Program-made: the position numbers and the translations under genes
The notes under the pieces: model-generated
What the model was told of the DNA's origin: nothing
What the model saw: the letters and a program-made list of their open reading frames with translations, nothing else
Database searches by the model: none
In this document: positions 53,635 through 64,000 of the stretch, one piece after another
Position numbering within the stretch: the stretch's first letter is position 1
Layout of the letters: each line of letters starts with the position of its first letter
Origin: the human T2T-CHM13v2.0 reference genome, Homo sapiens
Reading direction: 5' to 3' (one strand)
Length of the DNA: 64,000 bases
Assembly: GCF_009914755.1 (NCBI RefSeq)
Contig: NC_060940.1

Positions 53635-56600
53635 ACATTGATAACTATATGAAGGGGAAGGAATCTGGTGAATTGTAATGTTATAGTGGAAAATAGGGCA
53701 TTTCAAGAAGGAAGTGGCAGATAGTCTTAGGCAGTGAAGAAGGAAGGGAACAGAGAAAGCACTAGATTCAACAAAAAGAACCAGTCACTGGTCCTCTTTG
53801 AGAAGGTCCTTCCAGTTAAATAATGGAAAGTGGGCTTAAGCAGCATGGGGGACTGAAGGGCCAGGACATGTTGGGGAACCTGTGAAATGGCTAGTCAGAG
53901 CATGGCATGTATGAGCTTAAAACCAGATCTGAACCTAAGGAAGAGATCCAACAATAGGAAGGAGAGGGGATGTAAGAGAGAAAAATGATGGGGAAGGGAG
54001 AGGAGGGTAAGAAGACATGGAAAAATGGAAAGGAAAGAAATTACTGGTTAAGAACAAGGACACCAGACTGCCTGGGTTTGAGTCTCAACTCCGCTGCCCT
54101 GTAACCTTGAGCAAACCCCATAACTGTCTCTGCTTCCGACCCCTCATCTGTTGAATGGGAAAAGAGTAATAAGCTCTATATCCTGGGGTTCCTGAGAGGA
54201 GGAATTGAAGCATGTAACATGCTTAAGACAGTGCCCGGTGTGCTGTAAGTTGAAACTGTGTAGGGATCCTGTTGCCTTAGTCATCACAACAAGGACCATT
54301 TCCTGGGCAACAACCCAAAGCTATAGATTAAGAAACTGAGGCTCAGTCACTTAAAGAATGTTCTCTGAGAAAGTACACTTGGAGCCTCAACATTGCTCTA
54401 CCTGCAAGTAGTTACCTCTCCTGTCTTCCAGGGAGAAATAGATTTTGTGTAAAATAGGATGCATGGCTTTGTTAGTGGAAACTAACCTTCAGCAATTGTA
54501 ATAAATGAGGTACGTGAGGTTGCATTTTTTTCTCCTTTTTGAAAAAAGAGTTAATAAACAGAGGCTGTTCAATAAAGCAGAGTTAGAAGGAGTTTAGGAA
54601 GCACTGGAGAGTGGCTGAGGAGCAAGGTAGTGAGGACTTGGAGGACCTGGAGAAGGCAGATGAGATCCATCAGATCCCAGAAAGCTCCATCAACTCAGTG
54701 CCCTTTCTCTATTCCAGAAAGTCTTATGCTCATATCATTGATGCTTGGAGAAGCCTGCACACCACAGACTTGGCATGAGAAGTCCTAAAAGCCTCATTAA
54801 CCCAACCACTTAGGCTTTCTGAGTGCAACCCCTACCCTATTCTATTTGGGCTCAGGGTTTGCTGGGCCCCAAAATGTCCCGCTGTTGGGATGAGGAGATT
54901 CAGTTAATACCTTTCTTTGGTTGGCTCTCCTCCCACATCCCCCTACCTCTCTAGCCTTGGTTTCCAGAAAACTGTATCTGTGCTCAGCCTGCTCCCTCCT
55001 GCCCTTGGTGATCATGAAACCTGCCAAAGAAGCATTCTCTCTGAGGCTGAGCCACTGGAGAAGTTGCACATCCAGGATTGATTTTGCATAGTGTAGAAAT
55101 CAATCCGGTGAACCTGGCAGCATAGGTATCCTCTAAGTTTGGTTGTAAGCCCAGTGGGGCAGGGCAGTAAACAGTTTAAATTGGAAAGTTAAAACAATAA
55201 ACAGGAGAGACAGGTGAAGTTGGGGTTTGAAATTTGCTGGGCTAGAATGGGTTTTCTCTTTCTGTGTTAATCTTATCTGGCAGCTAATCTTTACCTGTCA
55301 TGTGGTTTTTGGGGGAGAAAACGGTACCCTCTTTAGACTGCTTCCTTTTCTGGGAGGAGAACCCTGAGAAAGACTATCAGTTTGAAGTTGTCCCTCCTGG
55401 GATAGAAATTTATCTAATTTTAGTGGGTGGCAAGACTATGAACAACCATCATTATCTGTGCTCCAATAATTATTAATTTAATGACATTTTAACAAATAAG
55501 AAATAACTTTTATTGAGCACTGTCTACATATCAGGCACCCAGCTAAGTACTTTCACATGTGATGTCTAATTAAAGCTTCTGAATATGATTAACTTCATTT
55601 TATAGCTGAGGAGTCTACAGCCTATAGGGCACACACACATATACCATCTTCATTGATCTTCACCCAACCATCAGAAGCCTGGGAAAGACATTTTGCAGTT
55701 AAGAAAAGTGAATCTCAGGGACTTGTCTTCTTCAGCAAACAATTGGCAGAACCACGGTTTGAATCCAGGTCTTCTGACTCCATATTACTTTGATTTTATT
55801 GGGAGAGTATATGGGTGGCGTATCTTCTTAAATTCCTCTGGCCAGGTCCTGAGAAAAGCATTTACTGTGCATTGTCTCAACACTTGTAATAACCCTATTA
55901 GGGAGGTGGTGTTTTTCCACTTTACAGTGAGGAGACTGAGGCTTAGAGAGGGTAGGTACGCCATTGGAACAAAGCCACTCAGGCAGTTGTAGGAAGTACA
56001 GCTGGGGCTTATACCTTCCCATTCTACCCTCCAGGTTTTCCCTGCTATAAGCATTTCTTACAGCAGTGCCTTCAATAGGAGAAACAATGACAAGTGATTT
56101 TTCCAGTGGGACAGCAAGAAGGTGATTGTGGTCTTGGACCTTGGGATTTAGGACGGGCTATTGACATTAACAGTTGGATAGGCTGCTAGGTCAGTCCAGG
56201 GAAAAGCAGGAGGGAAGATAAGACATGACTGAGAATTCAGGAAGGGCCAGCGCCATCCAATCAGAACAAGTTGGAGCTTTTCGTCTTCTTTAAGCCTACT
56301 AGTTTCACTTCTCATTTTGAAAGAAACAACTTGCTCGGCCAACCTATTGTTGCTGCCTTTCTCTGCCTACCACAGCTATGAAAGCAAAGTTATTGGAACA
56401 TGTGAACGTCACTAGCATCCGAGGCAAGATTTAGGTTCTGAAAAGAGGTCATCAGATTGTAGAGTTGGATCTCCATTTCCCTGGAGAGTCTTGTGCTTCA
56501 GAAAATCATTATTGGTTTGTCATCCTAGCCTGTCATGGTGGAACCCCTGGGCTCTGAAAGATTACAGGAAAATAGCTGGTCCTTGGCAGTTCTCAGAAGG

Positions 56601-56919
56601 TTCTGTTTCTCACCTGGGCCAGGATTGTGCCTGTGGTTTTTGTTCATGACAAGATGAGAAGAGCTTGGTTAAATAAGGAACGACCTCTCGTTATATATCT
56701 TCTATCCTGATTGATTGCATCAGAAAAGCCATTCATCTGGTTTGAAGATAGACAGGTGGTTGCTGTCACTGCACCAGCAGCTTTTGAAGTTTGCTCGGTG
56801 ATATGATTACAGCCCATACTTAAGCTTCTGCTCCAGGAAGTGAGATTGACCTTTGATCCTACTCCTCATTTAAAAATTACAGATCTTGGAAAATGAACCA
56901 ATCTAGAAAGATATTGGAA

Positions 56920-56920
<1 letters not shown>

Positions 56921-56953
<33 letters not shown>
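56921..56953 (+). repeat. (CTG)11 perfect trinucleotide repeat
   Basis: Counted directly. Confidence 0.97.
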
Positions 56954-59900
56954 AGGTTGGCTGTCAAACCAACTTAACTGGCGTGCATTACCTAGAATTG
57001 TTTTTTTTTTTTTTTTTCTGGTTAAAACCAATGACCTTTAAAGCCTTTTTATTTTTCCTCTGACAATCTCTAGTGGACCTCTGGTCTTTTGTGAGTTCTG
57101 ATGGGAATCCCAGAATCTTTCTGTAACTGTGGGTTCCAATGAGAGAGGCACATTTAACAAAGACCAGAAGAAAATCAAAACTGTTGCTCAAACTGACAGT
57201 GTATGTTCTTCATCCCACTCCTTCATTAGCTCATTCATTCATTGATTCGTTCATTCATGTGCTGGCTCTTTGTAGAAGTTGGGGGTAAACAGGCGACCAA
57301 AAGGTAGTCCGTGACCCCAGGATGTTGTAATTCAGAAGGGTAAACAGACAAGGCAGTCAACATTGTCCATTCAGTGTGAATGAGCTTGGGAGTACAACCA
57401 CTTTGGAAACCCATTTTGTTAATTTACCTTTGATAGATACTTATTGAACGGTTTTTCCAAGTGTCTGTGAAGAAGACATGGTGGTGGTAGGGGGTGGGTG
57501 GATGGTTTCTGAGGACCTGATAATGTTTCTCCTTGATTTTAGTGCCAGTTACGTGGCAACTCATGGAAAACATTGAGCTGAATACTTGGGCTTTTGCACC
57601 TTTTTGTAGTGCCTTAGTGTATTTTACACAAAAAAATAAATAAAAGTATGCTCAGCCTCAGGTGTGTTGGAAATACAGAGGAGAGACCAGCCCAACTTTG
57701 GAGGAGAACAGAGAGAGGGACCCAGGAAGGCCTTCTGGGGAATATATTTGACTTGGGCCCTGAAGGAGCAACAGAAATTAGGCACTGAGTAAAATGGGAC
57801 TGGATGTACCTGCACAAAGCCAGCAGCAGAAGAAAAGACATGGAGTGGAGGGAGCTGGCAGTTCATGCTTGGGGGAAGCTGAGAGTTGCTTGTGGGGCTG
57901 GAGGCCAAGGTGCAGGGCTGCAGGGGTAGGAGGGAGCAGCCAGGGAGGGGGTGGATTGGTTAAGAAACACGATGTGCATGTCATGTTGAGAAACTTGGAT
58001 TTCACCCTGGAGGCGCAGGAACTAGGGGGGATTTTTCAGCAGCAGTGACAGACGCTCTCAAATCTGGGTTTTCCAATGATCAGCATGCTTGTGCCTGCAC
58101 CGGGGCGCAGGATGGGAGACAGATGCCTTTTGCAGTAGTTCCGGAGAAGAAGACTGAAGACCACATTCAAGGCCCTGAGAGAGAAGAGAAGGGGACAGAT
58201 ACCACAGAGATCATGAGATATAGCACAACAGATAAGACTTGCTAATTAACTGTACGGGGTTGCGGGGAGGGACAGGGAGAAATCAGGTTTCTTCCAGCCC
58301 AGCTTCTGGTTGGAATCACTCAGGCAGAGACACATGGGCCTGAGAGAGGATTCCCCTTATGACATAAAGCCTCAAAAATTCTCATTAGTCATTGCAAAAA
58401 CATCTATTTCCGGCCTACACTGCACCAGCCAGTGGGGGAGGTCCTGAGAGATAGAGAAAGGATGAATTCTTGCCCTTAGAGAGTCGCCTAGAGATTCTGG
58501 GGAGACAGCAGGTCCGAGTCTCTCTGCCTGAAACCTCTGGACAGTGTCTTTGGCTGACACTTACATGGTGGTCTTGGTTTCTTATTCAAGGTCGGTTTCC
58601 CAACTCTCATAGCATCAGCTTTAGGGCATCCCCAAATCTCTTGCAGAAGAGATGGTTCTTTCCCCTTGAGTTGTTTTGAGCCAAGCATATAACATTGTGT
58701 GAATGTTTGAAAACTTCTCTTGGTTCTCAGAATGCAATTCTGACAGTGCTGAAGGCTGCCAATTAAATGAAGATTTAGATAAAGGCTGTGTGGGAGGTGG
58801 AATGCAATATTCTTAAACCTAATAATGGCTTCCTTCTGTCTTTTTGAAGCTCTCAAATAATCCTGATTGACTGACTCTCTGCTTTGGGCATTCCCATTTT
58901 CTGGACAATTTAATACCATTTAAAATGTTTGACAACTTTTATTTGGGGGCAGACGTCCTTAGGGGATGGGGCCGTGGGCAAAGATACAAATGCTGTACCA
59001 TCAAAGGAACCATGGATTTAAATAAGGATTTTTTTTTTTTCATATTCAGAAGAGGTGGGTACAGAAAGGATGAGGGCAGCTTCTCAGGTTATAGTATTAA
59101 CCACGTGAAGCAGCTAACAAAGGTGTGTGCCTGGCCTTGTGCTAAAGGCTTTCCTCGTATCAGTTCTTTCATCCCTCCCAACACTACTGAGGTAGATGGA
59201 GTGACTAGATCCATTATACAGGCAAAGTAGCTGAGGCCCACAGCCATAGCAAATAAACTGTGGAGCTGGTGGTCCCAGATTTCATGCTTTTAGTCATTCT
59301 CTTGGCTCTGGGGTACAGGTAAGCTTCCAGAACTGGAGGATGGAGTCCAAAAGAAACTCAAGATAATTTCCCTGCCTTTCCCATTGTATCAGGGGATTCA
59401 TCTGTTCATACATTCATTCATTTTCCCAACACATTTACTGAATGCCCGCAAGCACCAGGAAAATAGCAATGGGCACAACCAGGTTCCTATCTTCATGGAG
59501 CTATTGCTTTATTGGCAGAGGCAAACAGTAAAGAAAATTCATTAGTAATCAGTGTTGCAATCAATGAGCCGGTCAATCAAGCACCATAAAAGGGTAAAGT
59601 GTGACGAAGGTGCTCCTTGTGATAGGGGTTGGGGGTGAGGGGAGGTGTCCTGGAGAGGAGACATTTCAACTGAGATCTCTCTGAAGTAGATGAGATGGCC
59701 ATGTGGATCTCAAAAGGAAAGTGTATGCCAGGAAGAGCAAAAAGCAAGTGCAAAGTCCTAAAGCAGGAAATAGTGAGGCTACCGCAGTGTCGGGTCCAAG
59801 AGTAGGAGATGAGATCAGGGAGGCAGATTAGGCTGCAGGGAGGGTGTGCGTGTGATGCTGAGAGTGATGGGAAACCACTGGTGGGGTTGGGGGAGGGCAA

Positions 59901-60599
59901 GGCAGTGACATCATTTGTTTTTATGTGCAGCAGAGGAAGCCAAAGCAATTCAGAAGAAGCCTACAGAAGCTTACCTCCTCCACAGGCTATTTTTTTCTTG
60001 TTTACATTTGTTAATTTTACATATATATTAACTCAGTCCTCACAACCACCAAATGAAATAGGCATTGCCCTTATTATCATTCTTTCCCATTTTAACAATG
60101 GGGAAACTGAAGCTTAGAGTAGGCAAGGTCGCCCAGATAGGAAGCAATGCCTTCGGGTCATGGCTCACTACTCAAGTGCCTGAAATTTCAGCTAGCCTTT
60201 AGTGGGCACCTGCTATGTGCCAGGATCTGTATGAGGTTTGGCACCACCTAGACAGCCCCTTGAACCAGTGGCATGTCTCAGGACAGTGTGAGAGACAGAA
60301 ACTTCAGCTGAGAGTTACCGTGCAAGGCAGAAAATGCTGGTCTAGCAAAAGGAACTCTGATTTCGATTTGGAAGTACAGAGAAAGAGCATCTGCCTTGGA
60401 CAGAGTTATCAGTGAAAAGATGACATATGAGCTGAGACTGAAAATCATGTTGAAGATAGTCAAACAAAAGCTGGCAGTGTGGGAGTGGGGGCTTCAAGCA
60501 GAGAATCAGTGGTTCAAAGGCACAGGGTAGAAGGAGAATGGCAGCTGGCTCAGTGTGGCTGGAGAAAGAGGCTGGAGTGCACCTGGTTGCATTTGAATG

Positions 60600-60600
<1 letters not shown>

Positions 60601-60631
<31 letters not shown>
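60601..60631. repeat. (TG)n microsatellite
   Basis: Directly visible. Confidence 0.95.
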
Positions 60632-60699
60632 TAATGATGGTGATGAGATGAGGGGCTAGAGAGGAAGACAGGTTGGCACCTGGTAGCATTTTTTAAAAA

Positions 60700-62745
60700 G
60701 CAAGTAAACCTTATTTTTTAGAGCAGGTTTAAGTTCACAGCAAAATTTGGTGGAAGGTACAGAAGTTTCCCAAGTACCTCCTATCCCCACAAATGCACAG
60801 CCTTGTCCCACTATCAACATCCCACATCAGAATGGTACATTTGTTACAGTCAATGACTCTACATTGACACATCATTATCACTCAAAGTTCACAGTTTACA
60901 TGAGGGTTCACTCTTGGTGCTGTACGGTGTATGGTGGATACATGACAAATGTGTAAATTCATGTATCCACCATTATGATATCACACAGAATAGTTGTACA
61001 GCCCTAAAATACTTGCTCTGCCTATTTGCCTACCCACTCCCTTCTCCCTAACCCCTGGCAATCCACCGATCTTTCTTCTATTTCCATAGCTTTGCCTTTC
61101 CCAGAATGTCATATGGTTGGAATAATATAGTATGTAGCCTTTTCAAATTAGCTTCCTTCACTTGGTAACATGCATTGAAGTTTCCTCCATGTTTTCTTAT
61201 GGTTTGGTAGCTCTTTTTTTTTTTTTTTTTAGCATTGAATAATATTTCATTGTCTGGATGTATCACAGTTTATCCATTGACCTACTTAAGGATATCTTGG
61301 TTGCTTCTAAGTTTTGGTGATTACAAATAAAGCTGCTATAAACATTTGTGTTTCCTCATATAGATCTTGTATATATACAGTAGTTCCCCAGTTTTCATGG
61401 GGAATAAGTTCCCAGACACCCAATGGATGCCTGAAACTATGGATTGTACCAAGCCCTACATACATTATGTTTTTTTCCTGTACATACCTGTGATAAAGTT
61501 TAATTTATAAATGAGGCACAGTAAGAGATGAACAACAATTGCTCCATAAAATGGAACAATTATGACAATATGTTGTAATAAAAGTTACATGCATGTGGGC
61601 TGTCTCTCTCAAAATCTGTTGTAGCGCACTCACCCTTCTCTTTTAATCTGTCAGTCTGATAACCAAGATGGTTACTGAGTGACTAATGGATGATGGGTAA
61701 GATAGACAGGATGGATACACTGAAGAAAATGATAATTCACATTCCCGGCAGGATGGAGTGGGATGACAGAAGATTTCATCATGCAACTCAGAACAGCATG
61801 TAATTTAAAACTTATGAATTATTTTTGGAATTTTTCTATTTAATATTTTCAGACTGTGATTGACCACAGTTGAGTAAAACTGTAGAAAGCAAACCTTGGA
61901 GAAAGAGAGACTACTGTATTTTGTACATTTCATGTACACAGTTTGCTAGATTTATATGTAAATATTCCAATTTGGGGAGGGTAATGTAAATTGTATTGTG
62001 TTTTAAATTCCTGATTTCATTCATTCATTGCTGGTACATAGGAAAGTGATTGGCTTTTTTACATTAACCTCGTATCTTGTAATCTTGGCATAATTACTTA
62101 TTCTTGGAGTTTGTCAATTTTTTTGGATTTCTTACATAGATAATCATTTTATCTGCAAACTAAGTTTTGTTTCTTACTTTCCAATCACTATACCTTTGTT
62201 TTCTTTTCTTATCTTACTGCATTAGCTAGGACTTCCAGGACGATGTTGAAAAGCAATGGTAAGAGGGCACATCCTTGCCTTGCTACTGATCTTATCAGGA
62301 AAGCTAGTTTCCTACCATGAAGTGTGATGTTAGTTGTAGGCTTTTTGTAGTTGTTCTTTATTAAGTTGAAGAAGTTTCTGTCTGTTACTAGTTTGTTGAG
62401 AGTTATTATGAGTATTGATTTTGCCAAGTGCTTTTTCTGCATCTATTGATATGTGCATGTGATATCTATTGATATGTGCATATGAGCCTCCTGGTCATCA
62501 TCCCAGGCTTAGCTCACAAAAGTTGTGAGCAGGGAGGCCACCAGGAATGTGGGGCAGGTATTATGCTTCCCATTTTACAGAAAGTAATGCCAGAAGAAAA
62601 CAGTGCACAGTTACTGCTGGTTCCCAATAGTTGATTTGACTCCTTTAAAGATTTAGCTGTCCCATTTATGTGCTGGATAACATCAATTGATTCTTAAATG
62701 TTCAACAAGCCTTGCATACCTGTGATAAATCCCATCATGGTTACA
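60700..62745 (-). mobile_element. Old L1 (L1MB/MC-type): 3' end plus ORF2 fragment, interrupted by MER44 and by a 171-bp templated insert
   Basis: The ORF at 62209-62442 (-) retains RT-like residues (KPTTNITL..RQGCALLPLLFNIVLEVLANAVR); L1M 3' UTR sequence lies at 60700-61350. Confidence 0.88.
61378..61916. mobile_element. MER44 (Tigger7-derived) DNA transposon
   Basis: cagtagt...actactg inverted termini flanked by TA; internal tggatgcctgaaac..tgataaagtttaatttataaat.aggcacagtaagagat. Confidence 0.82.
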
Positions 62746-63465
62746 TTTTAATATACTTACTTTTCTTCATACCTGTCTCAAGAGAGAAAGTAGCTCAGTG
62801 GTTAAGACTGGAGTCAGGCTGCCTGGGTATAAATTGCACCTCCGTTGCTTATTAGCTGTATGAACTTGGGCAAGATATTTAATCTCTCTGTGCCTCAGTT
62901 TTCACATCTGTAAAATTATGTCACATAGTACTGATCTCCAAGGGTGGTTGCGTGGGTTAAATTATACCTAAAGAACTTAGCACCCCACTCAGCACATGGT
63001 GGCTGCCATGATGGTTTGCCGTGACCTCTCTTCATTTGAATGTGTGCCCAGTGTCTTGTTTCTCTCTGTATTCTCAGTGCCTGGTACAAAGTCGATAGAT
63101 TTTAAAAGCCCATAGAAGAAAACATACATTTTTCCCTGTTTGTGGGTATGTATGGAAGATTCTGTAACTTTGACTAGACACTTGATATTCAGATAAAATA
63201 GCCCTAAAGAAGGTTCTCAAGGGGGTGGATTTTCTCAGACTATTGTGAGCATAGTTCCTAAAGCTGACTCTATGTCTTGTGCTGACTCTAATCCCCTCCT
63301 GGCCATCATCCCAGGCTTAGCTCACAAAAGCTGTGAGCAGGGAGGCCACCAGGGATGTGGGGCAGGTAATATGCTTCCCATTATACAGAAAGTAATGCCA
63401 GAAGAAAACAGTGCACAGTTGCTGCTGGTTCCCAATAGTTGATTTGACTCCTTTAAAGATTTAGC
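62487..63465 (+). repeat. 171-bp dispersed direct duplication (62487-62657 and 63295-63465)
   Basis: Hand alignment shows no indels, 6 substitutions, and an offset of 808 bp. Confidence 0.95.
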
Positions 63466-64000
63466 ACCTGAGTTAGAATCCGGATGGCAGAACTTCTCTA
63501 TTGGAACCTAGTCCCACTATTCCTCTCTCCCTTCATTCAACACTGGGTTTAGAATGCTTGCCAGCAGCATTGTGGAAATTACCTCAAAGGTAGAAACACG
63601 TAACTCATAAGCACACATGAATAGGTATAGGTCATAATCCTGGAAAGACGGCCTTGCCATTGAGAGGGGAATAGCAGGAGCAAGGCTACGGAAGCACGGG
63701 ACTCTGGTTGAGTCTAGGCACTGTCTGCATGTACTTGGCACATTCCTTAAAAATGGCAGCAAGCAGTCCATTCTCAAATGGAAATTGGAACAAAAAATAA
63801 CGTAAAACCATAAATAACAGAAAAGAATATATACTCAAACATGTATAATCCATATGCATGAACATAACTCCCCTATTGGGAATTTCTCATAAAGAATCCC
63901 CCCAAAATATAATACCACGTCCACAAGAACCCACCCACAGGCCAGGTACTGTGCGAGGCACTGGAATACAATGGGGGTAACATGGACTAGGAGACTCATG

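Noticed and set aside
62209-62442. Reverse transcriptase-like peptide
   Set aside because: Decayed fragment of L1 ORF2, non-functional.

Overview
This is primate (most likely human) genomic DNA covering the 5' end of CDH13 (cadherin-13/T-cadherin) on the + strand. It contains about 31 kb of repeat-rich upstream sequence, a CpG-island promoter, exon 1 encoding MQPRTPLVLCVLLSQ (31400-31444), and about 32.5 kb of intron 1. The most interesting structure is a dual-frame N-terminus. Exon 1 carries several upstream ATGs, and a 106-nt cassette exon at 43649-43754 terminates the canonical signal-peptide frame while placing an out-of-frame upstream ATG (31365) in frame with the downstream cadherin exons. 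From memory this matches an annotated longer CDH13 isoform. A strong CTCF motif lies about 430 bp downstream of the cassette. Other notable items are a 171-bp templated insertion into an old L1, a 5'-inverted L1, a MER41A solo LTR, and a duplicated SOX-FOX motif about 7.5 kb upstream. The rest is ordinary Alu, L1, L2, MIR, MaLR and MER sequence, and nearly all ORFs in the supplied track are spurious. I found no evidence for a wholly new biological system. Repeat subfamily calls were made by eye from remembered consensus sequences and need Dfam/RepeatMasker confirmation.
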